A program made the position numbers and the translations under genes. A stretch of 64,000 bases of DNA from a bacterium (lineage in GTDB: Bacteria > UBA10199 > 2-02-FULL-44-16 > JAAZCA01): positions 800,001 to 864,000 of the forward strand of contig CAXXGI010000002.1 of NCBI GenBank assembly GCA_963674695.2, given 5' to 3'. This document shows positions 1-11,064 of this stretch, in pieces. Every line of letters starts with the position of its first letter. The stretch's first letter is position 1. A model generated the notes under the pieces. It had not been told where the DNA came from and searched no databases. It saw nothing but the letters and a program-made list of their open reading frames with translations.

Positions 1-1
1 C

Positions 2-412
2 TCGGGTCAGCAGCTCACCGGGATTGCGCCGTTCGTTCAGAGCGCGTGCGTCGAAGCCCTGTCGGGGCCGCAGGAGGAGGTCGAGCGCATGCGCGCCGCG
101 TTCGCCGAGCGCCGCGATCGGATGCTGGAACTGCTTCGAGCGATTCCGGATGTGCGCTGTCATCGTCCGGAAGGGACCTTCTATCTCCTGCCGGATCTGT
201 CCGCCTTCATCGGTCGGTATGCAGGGGAGTTTGCCATCGCCGATGCGACGGCGTTGGCGCAGTACCTGTTGGAGGAAGGACACATCGCGACGGTTTCCGG
301 CGATGCGTTCGGAATACCGGGGCATGTGCGCTTTTCCTATGCCACGTCGATGGAACAGATCGAAGCGGGAGTCGCGCGCCTGGCCGATGCGCTCGGGCGA
401 TTGCAGAAATAA
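2..412 (+). CDS. PLP-dependent class I/II aminotransferase (aspartate aminotransferase-like), 5' end outside window
   Basis: Frame open from base 2; C-terminal motifs PEGTFYLLPD, LLEEGHIATVSGDAFG, VRFSYATS. Confidence 0.9.
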   Translation, partial: SGQQLTGIAPFVQSACVEALSGPQEEVERMRAAFAERRDRMLELLRAIPDVRCHRPEGTFYLLPDLSAFIGRYAGEFAIADATALAQYLLEEGHIATVSGDAFGIPGHVRFSYATSMEQIEAGVARLADALGRLQK

Positions 413-419
413 TCATGTT

Positions 420-451
420 GTTGTCATTCCCGCGGAAGCGGGAATGACAAC
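420..451. repeat. REP-type palindrome (GTCATTCCCGC-GGAA-GCGGGAATGAC)
   Basis: Perfect intergenic inverted repeat; same family at 3694-3790 and 38760-38829. Confidence 0.85.
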
Positions 452-494
452 GAAGGAACTCGATAACGTTTTTTTTACATAGAGGAGCAACGAC

Positions 495-1916
495 ATGGAA
501 CTCTGGAAGAACACGGAAGAGATGAACACGGACAACAATGGCATCTATGCCATCAAAGGCGACACGCTCGACGTGGTCGACGAACATCGCTTTCGCAATG
601 GGATGGACCGGTTGGCCTGGAATGCGGTCTTCAACCCCGAGGCGGGCGTGCGCGACACGGCGCGCTGGATCATCTGGGAAGGATCGCAGGCGCTCGGCTG
701 TCCCTCGGCCTCGATCAACGACCTCTATATGGCGCGCGCCAAGGATGACTGGAAGGGCATGACCGTCCCGGCGATCAATGTGCGCGGCATGACCTATGAC
801 GTCGCGCGCACGCTCTTCAAGGTGCTCGGGCGCCACAACGCCGCGGCCTGTCTCTTTGAGATCGCCAAGTCGGAGATGCTCTATACCGAACAGCGCCCCG
901 CAGAATATGTGAGCGTGATCCTCGCCGCGGCATTGCGCGAGGGATGGAAGGCGCCGGTCTTCATCCAGGGCGATCACATCCAGGCGAATGCGAAAAAATT
1001 TGCCGCCGATGCCAATGCGGAACTGAAGGGCATGAAGGACCTGATCGCCGAGGCCATCGCCGCGGGTTTCTACAATATCGACATCGATACCTCCACGCTC
1101 GTCGATCTGGACAAGCCCACGGTCGCCGAGCAGCAGCGGTTCAACTTCGAGGCGGCGGCGGAGCTCACCAAGCATATCCGCGCCTGCGAGCCCAAGGGCG
1201 TGACCGTCTCCGTCGGCGGCGAGATCGGCGAGGTGGGAACGAAGAACTCCACGCCGGAAGAACTGGCGGCGTTCGTCGAGGGGTATAACAACGCGCTCGG
1301 CAAGGATCTCGTCGGGATGAGCAAGGTCTCCGTCCAGACCGGCACGAGCCACGGCGGCGTCGTTCTGCCGGACGGTTCGATCGCCGAGGTCGCCATCGAC
1401 TTCAAGGTGATCGACGAGTTGGGCCGGATGTGTCGCGAGCAGTACGGCATCGGTGGCGTGGTGCAGCACGGCGCCTCCACGCTTCCCGAGTCGGCGTTTC
1501 ACAACTTTCCCGAGCATCAGGCCGTCGAGGTCCATCTGGCCACCGGGTTTCAGAACACCATCTTCGATTCGACCTCTTTCCCGAAGGCGTTCAAAGAGCA
1601 GATCTACGCCTGGCTCGATACGAATGCGGCCTCCGATCGCAAGCCGGATATGACGCCGGAGCAGTTCTATTACAAGGCGCGCAAGCGCGGATTCGGTCCG
1701 TTCAAGCGCGAATTCTGGTCGCTCACCGACAACACGCGCGCCACGCTCATGTCGGAGCTGGCGCGCCAGTTCGACATGCTCTTCACCCGCCTGGGTGTGG
1801 AGGGGAGTCTCGAGCTCGTCGAGCGCTTCATCAAACCGGCGCGCGTGCAGCAGTCGCGCACGGCAAGCGGGGTGACCGCCGTGATCGAACACGACGACAA
1901 CCCGAACGCCGACTGA
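495..1916 (+). CDS. fba: Class II fructose-bisphosphate aldolase (long variant)
   Basis: GAGGAG RBS; motifs VPAINVR, FIQGDH, GGEIGEVG, GTSHGG, VQHGAS. Confidence 0.85.
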   Translation: MELWKNTEEMNTDNNGIYAIKGDTLDVVDEHRFRNGMDRLAWNAVFNPEAGVRDTARWIIWEGSQALGCPSASINDLYMARAKDDWKGMTVPAINVRGMTYDVARTLFKVLGRHNAAACLFEIAKSEMLYTEQRPAEYVSVILAAALREGWKAPVFIQGDHIQANAKKFAADANAELKGMKDLIAEAIAAGFYNIDIDTSTLVDLDKPTVAEQQRFNFEAAAELTKHIRACEPKGVTVSVGGEIGEVGTKNSTPEELAAFVEGYNNALGKDLVGMSKVSVQTGTSHGGVVLPDGSIAEVAIDFKVIDELGRMCREQYGIGGVVQHGASTLPESAFHNFPEHQAVEVHLATGFQNTIFDSTSFPKAFKEQIYAWLDTNAASDRKPDMTPEQFYYKARKRGFGPFKREFWSLTDNTRATLMSELARQFDMLFTRLGVEGSLELVERFIKPARVQQSRTASGVTAVIEHDDNPNAD

Positions 1917-1946
1917 TCGCGCTCGATTGTATTGCCTTTGAAATAT

Positions 1947-1978
1947 CCGGGGCATGCCCGTATCGCGGCATGCCCCGG
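1947..1978. terminator. GC-rich hairpin after fba
   Basis: CCGGGGCATGCC ... GGCATGCCCCGG inverted repeat; no U-tract. Confidence 0.45.
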
Positions 1979-2052
1979 TCTGTATCCGAGGGCTTGCAAA
2001 TCAAGCGGTGAATGGTATAGTCCAAAAAATTTATGAATTCCCAGGAGTTATC

Positions 2053-3660
2053 GTGATTCGACGTCGTTTGTTCCTCATCTTTCTGGCGATCTTCTTTGCG
2101 GCGTGTGCGGCCAAGACCGGTCCTCAGGTGACGCGCATCGATCTGGATGCGGATGACGATCCCTATTATCAATTCCTTCGTGCCGACCTGCACGCGCTGG
2201 CCGGTGAGACGAAGAAGTCCACCGTGGAGCTTGAAAAGCTCGTCGAGCAGTATCCGGACATGGCCTTCTTTCACTATCTGTTGGCGGTCAACTATGGTCA
2301 GTCGCGTCGGGTGGCACAGGCTATCGCCGAATGTCGACGCGCCATCGAGTTGAATCCGGAATTTGTCGATGCGATCGCTTTTTTGGGCGAGCTCTATTTG
2401 GCTCAACAGCTCTTCGACGATGCCATTCGTTCCTTCACGCGTGCGATTCGTCTGGACCCCACGCGCGAGGATCTCTATCTCATGTTGGCGCGCGCTCAGA
2501 TCGGGCGCAAGGAGTACCGGCCGGCCGTGACGACCCTCAAGCGTCTGCTCGCGGTCAATCCTGATGCGGTCGTGGCTCACCTCTACATCGGGTCGATCGC
2601 CGAGCAGCATCTGAAGAATACCTCGCAGGCGCTCGCCTCCTATCGGGCCGCGCTCGCCATCGACCCGAATAACGCCGGTGCCTCCAACGCCATCGCGCAG
2701 ATTTATCTCCAGCGGAAGCAGCCCCAGAAGGCGCTGGCGACCTATCGGGAGTTGGCTCGTATCGAGCCGGACAACGTGGCGGTGCAGCTGCGCATCGCGC
2801 TCATCTACTATGAGATCAAAGACTACGATCGCGCCATCGAGGCCTTTTCGCAGATCATCGAGCGCAATCCGGAAGCGGACAAGATTCGATACTATCTGGG
2901 CATCCTCTATGAGAGCGTCGATCGAAACGAGCAGGCGCTCATCGAGCTCCAGCAGGTTCCCGCCAACTCGAGCTATTTTCAGGAGGCGCGGCTCCATATC
3001 GCGGCGCTGCTCCGAAAGAGCGGGCGCATCGATGCGGCGATCGCTTCGCTTGCCGAGGCGATCGAGGTGCGGCCGAAGACGGTTGAATTCTATGAATTCC
3101 TCGCGGCGCTTCATGAAGAACAGAAGGACTATCCTGCGGCGATTGCTGTGCTCGATCAGGGCGTGAAGGCGAACCCCACGAGCGAGCGCACCTTCTATCT
3201 GCTCGGCATTCTTCTGGAGCGGGCGCACGAGCGAGATCGCGCGCTCAAGGTGATGCATCGCGTGCTCGAACTCAATGCGCAGAACGCGGGCGCGCTCAAT
3301 TATATTGGCTACACCTATGCCGAGCGGGGCGAGCAGCTCGAGGAGGCGCAGGCCTATATCGAGCGTGCCCTCCAGGTGCGCCCGAACGATGGCTACATCA
3401 TCGACAGCCTCGCCTGGGTACGGCTGCAGCGGGGTGATGTCGATGGCGCGCTGGAACTGCTGATCAAGGCCAACGCGCTGGTGCCGAACGAGCCGACCGT
3501 GCTCTTCCATCTCGGCGAGGTCTATCGGCTCAAGGGAGAGAACGCGCGTGCCCTGGGTTCCTATCGGCGCGCGCTCAAGGCCGGTGAGAAACGCGCGGAG
3601 CAGGACGAAGAGGAACTCGGTCGCATTCGAGCGCGGATTGAGGAACTGGAACAGCGGTGA
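2053..3660 (+). CDS. TPR-repeat lipoprotein
   Basis: AGGAG RBS before GTG; lipobox FAAC; many TPRs; ALNYIGYTYAE and PNDGYIIDSLAW motifs of the TPR gene often found before lolB. Confidence 0.85.
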   Translation: MIRRRLFLIFLAIFFAACAAKTGPQVTRIDLDADDDPYYQFLRADLHALAGETKKSTVELEKLVEQYPDMAFFHYLLAVNYGQSRRVAQAIAECRRAIELNPEFVDAIAFLGELYLAQQLFDDAIRSFTRAIRLDPTREDLYLMLARAQIGRKEYRPAVTTLKRLLAVNPDAVVAHLYIGSIAEQHLKNTSQALASYRAALAIDPNNAGASNAIAQIYLQRKQPQKALATYRELARIEPDNVAVQLRIALIYYEIKDYDRAIEAFSQIIERNPEADKIRYYLGILYESVDRNEQALIELQQVPANSSYFQEARLHIAALLRKSGRIDAAIASLAEAIEVRPKTVEFYEFLAALHEEQKDYPAAIAVLDQGVKANPTSERTFYLLGILLERAHERDRALKVMHRVLELNAQNAGALNYIGYTYAERGEQLEEAQAYIERALQVRPNDGYIIDSLAWVRLQRGDVDGALELLIKANALVPNEPTVLFHLGEVYRLKGENARALGSYRRALKAGEKRAEQDEEELGRIRARIEELEQR

Positions 3661-3693
3661 CACGTCAGATTTCTGATCTTGTTTTCTCCTGTT

Positions 3694-3790
3694 GTCATTC
3701 CCGCGAAAGCGGGAATCTCGATTGTCATGGTCGATCGAGATCCCCGCTGGAGTTTACCCTCGAATGATTGAATCGGGGGCGGGGATGACA
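3694..3790. repeat. REP doublet (REPIN-like), second copy interrupted by an insert
   Basis: GTCATTCCCGCGAAAGCGGGAATCTCG ... CGAGATCCCCGC[insert]GCGGGGATGAC. Confidence 0.75.
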
Positions 3791-3852
3791 GTGCCAAGTT
3801 TTTCATCATATTGACGAGTCATGATATGCATGCACGGTTCACGAGGATGGGT

Positions 3853-4638
3853 ATGAAACGTCTTGGCATCATCGTCATCTGTATCGCTACGCTGACGATA
3901 TCGTGCGCGAAGCAATCGCCGCGTGTGGTGACGGGGGATGTTGGGCGTGTGACGAAACAGTCCGAGGCGTTGACGAAAGCGCTCGAGTCCTATCGCGAAA
4001 CCACCACGACGATGCGCGCGCTGGCTTGGGCGGAGATGGGCCTGGACGAGGAGGTGCGCAAGACCGAAGCGGCGCTCGTGATCGCGCGTCCGACGAGTTT
4101 GCGCATCGATGCGATGGATGCCCTGGCGGACGTCTGGGCACGTGCGGGTACCGCCGACGGCCGCCTCTGGCTCTCCCTCCCGGCGAAACGAAAACTCTAC
4201 TCCGGGCGCGCCTCCCGTGCGATGCTCTCACGGCTCACCGGTTTTGACTGGCGCGTCGATGAGCTCGTGGCGGTGCTGGCCGGGTCCGCGCCGGTTCCCG
4301 TTGGAGCCCAGCTCCATCAGGTTGGTCCCGGTCGGGATCGACACTTCCGTGTCGTCGGCGAGCCGTTGCACCTCTGGTTGGCAAAGCGCGGCGGTCCCGT
4401 GGTGCGCTGCGCACGCTATACGAATGATGAACGCGAGCCGCTCTACATCGTCACCTTTTCCGATCATCGTTCGGTCGGGGGGGTCCTCGTACCGCATCGC
4501 ATCGAGGCCCTCTTCCCCACGCGGCGTGCGCGGATTCTCGTTGAACTGCATGAGGTGGATCGGGGCGCGACGATCGAACGCGCGACCTTTCTGCCGCCGT
4601 CGAAGGGGCGGTTCAAACACGTGAGGTTTCGGGAATGA
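3853..4638 (+). CDS. LolB-like / DUF4292-type lipoprotein
   Basis: Lipobox TISC; ALVIARPTSLRID, VPHRIE and F-x-P-P C-terminal patterns of the LolA/LolB fold; follows TPR gene. Confidence 0.6.
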   Translation: MKRLGIIVICIATLTISCAKQSPRVVTGDVGRVTKQSEALTKALESYRETTTTMRALAWAEMGLDEEVRKTEAALVIARPTSLRIDAMDALADVWARAGTADGRLWLSLPAKRKLYSGRASRAMLSRLTGFDWRVDELVAVLAGSAPVPVGAQLHQVGPGRDRHFRVVGEPLHLWLAKRGGPVVRCARYTNDEREPLYIVTFSDHRSVGGVLVPHRIEALFPTRRARILVELHEVDRGATIERATFLPPSKGRFKHVRFRE

Positions 4639-6239
4639 GAAGGCCCAGCCCTCGATCGGTCGTTCTCGGTGTATGTGCGCTCATCGCGCTCATGATCTCC
4701 TCCTGCGACTTTCGCGTCGAGCGCAGCCCGGACGTGCTCACCACCTCGTTGTTGGGCGATCCGACCATCCTCAATCCCGTGTTGGCCACCGATGCCTACG
4801 CGCAGGGAATCTTGAGCTATATCTATCAAGGCTTGCTCGATCTCGATATCGAGACGATGGAACTCGTTCCCATGCTCGCCGAACGGTGGGAGGCATCTGA
4901 GGATCACCTCTCCTATACCTACTGGATTCGCGAAGGCGTGCGGTGGCAGGACGGCACTCCCTTTACCGTCGATGACGTCCTCTTTACGTTCGAGACCATC
5001 CTCGATCCGAAGGTCGATGCGGCGCGCCTGCGCAACTATTTTCGAAACCTCAAGGCGATCGAGCGCGTCGGCGATCGCGGCGTGCGTTTTGTCTTCACCG
5101 AACCCTATTTTCGCGCCCACATCATGTGCGGACGCCAGCCGATCATCCCCAAGCATATCTTCGGCGACGGGCAGGAGATGAACAGCCATCCCGCCAATCG
5201 CACGCCTGTGGGCACGGGGCCGTATCGCTTCGCCGAATGGAAGACGGGCCAGCGCGTGCGGCTCGATCGATTTGAGGGATATTGGGGAGACAAGCCGGCC
5301 ATCCGCGGTATCGTCTATAAGATCATCCCCGAGCAGGTCACCGCATTCCAGCTGATGCGCAAGGGTGGCCTCGATGCGGATACGGTCAGTGCGGTCCAGT
5401 GGGCGCGGCAGACCGAGGATCGCGCCTTCAACGAGCGGTTTTCAAAGCATCGCTTCTTTCCGCCGAACTATTTCTTTGTCGCCTGGAATAATCGCAAGCC
5501 CTATTTCTCCGATCCGCTCGTGCGCCGCGCGATGACGATGCTCATCGACCGCGAGGCGATCGTACGCGAGCTCCTCTTCGGGCAGGGGCATGTGATCGAC
5601 TCCTCCTTCTATCTCTACGGGCGCGAGGTCGATCGCGACATCACGCCCTTGCCCTACGACCCGGCCCAGGCGGTCAAGCTGTTGGATGCGTCGGGCTGGA
5701 TCGACCATGACGGCGACGGCATCCGGGACAAGGATGGCACCCCCTTTCGCTTCGTCTATCTCTATCCGGCCGAGAGCCGGTTGGCCCGAAGCATCGGGAT
5801 CTTCATGCGTGAGGACTTGGCCAAGGTCGGTATCGATTGCGAGCCGCGACAGATCGAATGGGCCACCTTGCTCAAGCTCCTGGGCGAGCGCAATTACGAT
5901 GCGACGCAGCTGGGGTATACGGGGCAGTTGGAATCCGATCCCTTTCAGGTCTGGCATTCCTCGCAGGCCGAGGCCGGTTCCAACCTCTCGGGGTTTGCCG
6001 ATGCGCGCGCTGATGCCCTCATCGAGGAGGCGCGTCGCACCTTTGACCGCGACCGACGCATCGAACTCTATCGCGAATTTCAGCGCATCGTTCATGCCGC
6101 GCAGCCCGTGACGTTTCTCTTTACCAGTGCCACCCTCGAGGTGGTCGATCGACGCTTCACCGATGTCGTCGATTATCCGATGGGCCTCGACCTCATGAAG
6201 TGGGGCATCGGCCCGTCGGCGGTGTTGTATGAATGGTAG
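4635..6239 (+). CDS. Oligopeptide/dipeptide ABC transporter substrate-binding lipoprotein (family 5)
   Basis: LNPV, PMLAERWE, IREGVRWQDGTPFTVDDVLFTF, PVGTGPY motifs. Confidence 0.95.
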   Translation: MRRPSPRSVVLGVCALIALMISSCDFRVERSPDVLTTSLLGDPTILNPVLATDAYAQGILSYIYQGLLDLDIETMELVPMLAERWEASEDHLSYTYWIREGVRWQDGTPFTVDDVLFTFETILDPKVDAARLRNYFRNLKAIERVGDRGVRFVFTEPYFRAHIMCGRQPIIPKHIFGDGQEMNSHPANRTPVGTGPYRFAEWKTGQRVRLDRFEGYWGDKPAIRGIVYKIIPEQVTAFQLMRKGGLDADTVSAVQWARQTEDRAFNERFSKHRFFPPNYFFVAWNNRKPYFSDPLVRRAMTMLIDREAIVRELLFGQGHVIDSSFYLYGREVDRDITPLPYDPAQAVKLLDASGWIDHDGDGIRDKDGTPFRFVYLYPAESRLARSIGIFMREDLAKVGIDCEPRQIEWATLLKLLGERNYDATQLGYTGQLESDPFQVWHSSQAEAGSNLSGFADARADALIEEARRTFDRDRRIELYREFQRIVHAAQPVTFLFTSATLEVVDRRFTDVVDYPMGLDLMKWGIGPSAVLYEW

Positions 6240-6280
6240 CCTCGTGAGATGGCGAGATAGCACAATAGCGAGATAGCAAT

Positions 6281-7285
6281 ATGTTTTCTTACGTTATCAA
6301 ACGATTGCTCCTCATGATTCCGACTTTTTTCGGAATCGTGGTGGTGACCTTTGCGGTGGTGCACTTGGCCCCCGGTGATCCGGCCGAGCTCAAGGCCCAG
6401 TCGGCGCGTGAAGCGATCGCCTCCGACCAGGCCACACAGCAGATCGTCGCGGAGACGCGCGCGCTCTATGGCTTGGACAAACCGCTCGTCGTCCAGTTCG
6501 GGTTGTGGATGAAACGCGTGGTGACCCTCGATTTCGGGACCTCCTTTCGCGACCATCGCCCGGTGATCGACAAGATCGGCGATGCGCTCCCCATCACGCT
6601 CACGCTCAACGTATTGACCATCCTCATCGTCTATCTGGTCTCCATCCCGCTGGGTGTCTATACGGCGCTCAAGCCTCGGGGGGTTGCCGATCGCGCGGCG
6701 ACGGTGGGGCTGCTCGTCCTCTATTCGCTGCCGAGCTTCTGGGTGGCCATGATGCTCATCGTCGCCTTCGGTGGCGGCGGCGACTGGTTCAACTGGTTTC
6801 CGATCACCGGTTTTGTCTCCGATCATGCCGATCTCCTCCCCTGGTACGGGTGGGTGGCAAACGTCGCCTGGCACCTCGTGCTGCCGGTGGCCTGTCTCAC
6901 CTACGGCGGGTTCGCCTTCCTCTCGCGCTTTGCGCGCACGGCGATGCTCGAGGTGATTCGCCAGGACTATGTGCGAACCGCGCGCGCAAAAGGGCTCTCC
7001 GAGTGGTGCGTGGTGACCAAACACGCCCTGCGCAACGCGCTCATCCCGATGCTCACGCTCATGGGCACGCTCCTTCCCGCATTGCTCGGCGGGAGCGTGA
7101 TCGTCGAGCAGATCTTCGCCATTCCGGGCATGGGGCGGCTCGGGTTTGAATCGGTGCTCGCGCGTGACTATCCCGTGATCATGGCGATCGCTACAATTTC
7201 AGCGGTGCTCACGCTCCTGAGTATCCTCATTACCGATATCCTCTACGCGGTCGTCGACCCGCGTGTGACGTTTGGAAAACGATGA
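6281..7285 (+). CDS. Opp/Dpp ABC transporter permease (B-type)
   Basis: LAPGDPA, DFGTS, DYVRTARAKGL, HALRNAL, RDYPVI. Confidence 0.95.
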   Translation: MFSYVIKRLLLMIPTFFGIVVVTFAVVHLAPGDPAELKAQSAREAIASDQATQQIVAETRALYGLDKPLVVQFGLWMKRVVTLDFGTSFRDHRPVIDKIGDALPITLTLNVLTILIVYLVSIPLGVYTALKPRGVADRAATVGLLVLYSLPSFWVAMMLIVAFGGGGDWFNWFPITGFVSDHADLLPWYGWVANVAWHLVLPVACLTYGGFAFLSRFARTAMLEVIRQDYVRTARAKGLSEWCVVTKHALRNALIPMLTLMGTLLPALLGGSVIVEQIFAIPGMGRLGFESVLARDYPVIMAIATISAVLTLLSILITDILYAVVDPRVTFGKR

Positions 7286-8274
7286 TGCCTTCGCAGACCT
7301 ACAGCGCCATCGTGTGGCGACAGTTTCGAAAGAGTCGGCTGGCAACGGTGAGCCTCCTCTTCGTCGTCGTGCTCGCGTGCGTGGCGATCATGGCACCGCT
7401 GATCGCCAACGATCGCCCGCTCATCATGCGCGATGCACAAGGGTTCGCTGCTCCGGCGCTCCATCTTCCGGCGCGATTGCGCGGTGTGGATATGCAGCTC
7501 TTTACCCAAAATCCGCCGCCGGGGGTGTGGCTCATCATGCCGCCCATTCCGTATCGGCCCGGATCGTATGATCTGGGCGCGGTGCTCGTCTCCCCGTCGC
7601 GCGCACACCTTTTGGGGACCGACGGCGATGGTCGCGATGTGGCTTCGCAGATCGTTTGGGGAACGCGCATCTCGCTCTCGGTTGGACTTATCGCCGTAGG
7701 GTTGGCCGTCTTCATCGGTCTGATCCTGGGAGCGCTGGCTGGGTTCTACGGGGGATGGATCGATATCGTCATCTCCCGTTTTGTGGAGGTGATGCTCTGT
7801 TTCCCGACCTTCTTTCTCATCCTGGTGGTGCTCGCTTTTGTCGGCCCGTCGATCTATAACATCATGATCGTCATCGGCATCACCAGTTGGACCGGGACGG
7901 CGCGCCTGATACGAGCGGAGTTTCTACGCCTACGCTCGCGCGAGTTCGTTTTGGCAGCGACTGTCTCCGGCGCGCGGCACCTGCGCATCATGCGCCGGCA
8001 TCTGCTGCCCAACGCCATTGCGCCGATCCTGGTGGCGGCTCCCTTCGGTGTCGCCGGTGCGATCCTCGTCGAGGCGTCGCTCTCCTTTCTGGGCTTCGGC
8101 GTACCACCGACGGAGCCGAGCTGGGGAAGCATGCTGGCGCAGGCCCAGCGATTTATGGATATCGCGTGGTGGTTGACTTTGGCCCCGGGCTTTGCGATTT
8201 TCGCGACGATCATGGCGTATAACCTCATCGGAGAGACGCTGCGCGATGCGATCGATCCGAACCTGAAAACCTAA
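7282..8274 (+). CDS. Opp/Dpp ABC transporter permease (C-type)
   Basis: HLLGTDGDGRD, RHLLPN, EASLSFLGFG, PSWGSML. Confidence 0.95.
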   Translation: MMPSQTYSAIVWRQFRKSRLATVSLLFVVVLACVAIMAPLIANDRPLIMRDAQGFAAPALHLPARLRGVDMQLFTQNPPPGVWLIMPPIPYRPGSYDLGAVLVSPSRAHLLGTDGDGRDVASQIVWGTRISLSVGLIAVGLAVFIGLILGALAGFYGGWIDIVISRFVEVMLCFPTFFLILVVLAFVGPSIYNIMIVIGITSWTGTARLIRAEFLRLRSREFVLAATVSGARHLRIMRRHLLPNAIAPILVAAPFGVAGAILVEASLSFLGFGVPPTEPSWGSMLAQAQRFMDIAWWLTLAPGFAIFATIMAYNLIGETLRDAIDPNLKT

Positions 8275-8280
8275 GAGCGC

Positions 8281-8372
8281 GAGTCAGGCAAGTCAGGCGA
8301 GAAAGGTTTACAGCTTGAATCAAAGTCGTTTTTAGCCTGACTGGCTTGACTGGCTTGACTGGCCTGACTGGC
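8281..8372. repeat. Inverted tracts of a 9-bp tandem repeat (AGTCAGGC / GCYTGACTG)
   Basis: About 2 copies on the left and 4 inverted copies on the right; same unit inside xseA. Confidence 0.8.
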
Positions 8373-8387
8373 AGATCTTGAGGTGTT

Positions 8388-9407
8388 GTGACATTACTCC
8401 AGGTCGACAATTTGCAGACCCACTTCTTCACCGACGATGGAGTGGTGCGCGCCGTCGACGGCGTCTCCTTCTCGATCGACCGCGGCGAGACTCTGGGGCT
8501 CGTCGGCGAGAGCGGATGCGGCAAGAGCGTGCTCTCGCTCTCGCTCATGCGCCTTATCTCCAATCCGCCCGGGCGGATCGTCGCCGGCGAGGTTGATTTT
8601 CAGCTGACCGAGAATGGCGGTCCGGTCGATCTCCTTAAGCTCAGCGAAAAACAGATGCGCATGGTGCGGGGCAAGCGCATGGCGATGGTCTTTCAGGAGC
8701 CGATGACCTCCTTGAATCCCGTCTACACGATCGGCAATCAGATCGGCGAGGCCCTGCACTTGCACGAGGGCGGCAGCTCCGCGCAGGTTCGCGCGCGCAT
8801 CATCGAGATGCTGGGGCTCGTGGGGATTCCGGCGCCGGAGCGTCGTCTCAAGGATTACCCGCATCAGCTCTCCGGCGGGATGCGTCAGCGCGCCATGATC
8901 GCTATGGCGCTGGCCTGTCGGCCGGATCTGCTGCTCGCCGATGAACCGACCACCGCGCTCGATGTGACAATTCAGGCGCAGATCCTGGATCTCATTCGGC
9001 GGCTGCAGTCGGAGTTGGGCATGGCGCTGGTGCTCGTGACGCACGATCTGGGCGTCGTGGCCGAGATGGCCTCGCGCGTGATCGTCATGTATGCGGGTCG
9101 TTTCGTGGAGATGGGCACGACCGATGAGATCTTTCGCGAGCCGATGCATCCGTATACGCAGGGCCTGCTTCGTTCCATTCCGCCGCTCGAACGGCTCCCG
9201 CGCGGGACGCGTCTGCCGACGATCCCGGGGATGGTGCCGGACCTGGCTCATCTCCCCAAGGGATGCGCCTTTGCCGATCGCTGTCCAAAGGTGCAGGCGC
9301 GCTGTCGCCAAGAGGAGGTCCCGGCCGACCCCTGTAACGTGGGTCGGCTGGTGCGGTGTTTTTATGCGGGTGCAGGCGAGAAAGGCCAGTCAGGCGGGAA
9401 CCGATGA
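8388..9407 (+). CDS. Opp/Dpp ABC transporter ATPase (D-type)
   Basis: [25 protein letters not shown]-terminal Cys motif. Confidence 0.95.
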   Translation: MTLLQVDNLQTHFFTDDGVVRAVDGVSFSIDRGETLGLVGESGCGKSVLSLSLMRLISNPPGRIVAGEVDFQLTENGGPVDLLKLSEKQMRMVRGKRMAMVFQEPMTSLNPVYTIGNQIGEALHLHEGGSSAQVRARIIEMLGLVGIPAPERRLKDYPHQLSGGMRQRAMIAMALACRPDLLLADEPTTALDVTIQAQILDLIRRLQSELGMALVLVTHDLGVVAEMASRVIVMYAGRFVEMGTTDEIFREPMHPYTQGLLRSIPPLERLPRGTRLPTIPGMVPDLAHLPKGCAFADRCPKVQARCRQEEVPADPCNVGRLVRCFYAGAGEKGQSGGNR

Positions 9408-10438
9408 CCGATATTTTGCTCGACATTCAGAATCTCGTAAAGGGGTTTCCCGTGACCGGCGGCATCCTCGGTCGTGAGGTGGCGCGCGTGCATGCGGTGC
9501 GCGGCATGACGCTTTCCATCCACCGCGGCGAGACGTTGGGGCTCGTCGGCGAGAGCGGCTGTGGCAAGTCGACGCTCGGACAGCTCATCCTGCGCCTGAT
9601 CGATCCGGATGCGGGACATATTTTTTTCGAAGGGCGTGAGATCACACATCTGTCTCAGCGGCAGCTGCGACCGCTGCGCCGTCAGATGCAGATCATCTTT
9701 CAGGATCCGTATGCCTCGCTCAACCCGCGCATGACCGTCGGCGAGATCGTCGCCGAGCCGCTCCTGGTGCACCATGTGGGCAATGCGTATGAGCGGCGTG
9801 AACGCGCGATGGAATTGCTGCGGTTGGTGGGGCTGAAACCCGATGCCGCGGGGAAGTATCCGCATGAGTTCTCCGGCGGACAGCGTCAGCGCGTGGGCAT
9901 TGCGCGCGCCATCGCGCTCAACCCGAAGCTCATCATCGCCGACGAGCCGGTCTCCGCGCTGGACGTTTCGATTCGTGGTGAGATCCTCAACCTCTTGAGC
10001 GATCTGCGCGAGCAGTTCGAGTTGACCTATCTCTTCATCGCGCACGATCTCAAGGTGGTCGAGCATATCAGTCATCGCGTTGCGGTGATGTACCTCGGAA
10101 AACTCATGGAGCTCTTTCCGGCCGATGAGCTGGCGCAGGCGCGTCATCCGTACACGCAGGCGCTTATCTCGGCCATTCCGATTCCGGATCCAAGCGTGCG
10201 CAAGAAGCGGATGGTGCTCATCGGGGATACGCCGTCGCCGCTCTTCCCCCCGGCCGGGTGTCCGTTCCACACGCGTTGTCCCTATGCCGAGGAGATCTGC
10301 CGGTGGGAAGAGCCGCCGGTTGCGGAGTATCAACCCGGTTTTTCGGCCTCCTGTCACCTCATCGATCGCATGCAGGATCGGTGTGTGGGGATGCTCACAC
10401 CCGGAGGAGAGAAGACGTTGACCCGTTCCTATCCGTAA
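9404..10438 (+). CDS. Opp/Dpp ABC transporter ATPase (F-type)
   Basis: [28 protein letters not shown]; ATGA overlap with previous gene. Confidence 0.95.
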   Translation: MTDILLDIQNLVKGFPVTGGILGREVARVHAVRGMTLSIHRGETLGLVGESGCGKSTLGQLILRLIDPDAGHIFFEGREITHLSQRQLRPLRRQMQIIFQDPYASLNPRMTVGEIVAEPLLVHHVGNAYERRERAMELLRLVGLKPDAAGKYPHEFSGGQRQRVGIARAIALNPKLIIADEPVSALDVSIRGEILNLLSDLREQFELTYLFIAHDLKVVEHISHRVAVMYLGKLMELFPADELAQARHPYTQALISAIPIPDPSVRKKRMVLIGDTPSPLFPPAGCPFHTRCPYAEEICRWEEPPVAEYQPGFSASCHLIDRMQDRCVGMLTPGGEKTLTRSYP

Positions 10439-10466
10439 GAGGAACAAAAGCTGTTCTGGAGGTTGT

Positions 10467-10970
10467 ATGCGTCGATGGGGAATGCTTGTCATGCTCGTGG
10501 TACTGATGGTGGTCTTCGCGTTTCCCGCACAGGCCAAGAAGAAGAAGGACGTTCGCGTCTATGGGGGGATGGTCATCAATCCCTACGGCATCGCGGTGGA
10601 TGCCAGCTATGATCGGCGCCTCGACAATCTCGTCCCGGGGTACAAGGTGGTCGATGTGGTGATCATCAACGACTCGCTGCAGGTGGTCTATCTCAATCCC
10701 GAAAAGGACAAGTGGTGGGTCAAACTCGCGGAGAACAAGCGTCCGATCAAGGCGATTCACGATCTGCGCCGAGCCGATTCGAAGTCCTGGTCGCACATCC
10801 CCGAACGCGCCCGCGGGCTCCTGAGCTATCCGCTCGTCATTCCGATCGGGGCGCGGCAGGTGATCGACCTCTTCGTTCCCGATACGGTCGACCTCGATCG
10901 CCTCCAGGAACTCATCATCCAACTCAAATCCGCCGGTGGCCCCAAGTTCGAGATCATGTTGCGCCAATAA
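10467..10970 (+). CDS. Hypothetical secreted protein
   Basis: GGAGG RBS, Sec signal ending AQA, native-like codon usage. Confidence 0.75.
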   Translation: MRRWGMLVMLVVLMVVFAFPAQAKKKKDVRVYGGMVINPYGIAVDASYDRRLDNLVPGYKVVDVVIINDSLQVVYLNPEKDKWWVKLAENKRPIKAIHDLRRADSKSWSHIPERARGLLSYPLVIPIGARQVIDLFVPDTVDLDRLQELIIQLKSAGGPKFEIMLRQ

Positions 10971-11064
10971 GGTATTATCATCGAATGGATCGAGGGAAGG
11001 GTTTGTGGTTGGGGGGGGCGTGATCGGCCTGGTATGTCGATGGGATCTGAAGTATAATTCCTCT

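Noticed and set aside
207-9311. Long antisense ORFs (e.g. 207-1955, 1831-3663, 8394-9311) and similar ones elsewhere
   Set aside because: Shadow frames of GC-rich genes with clear homology on the opposite strand.
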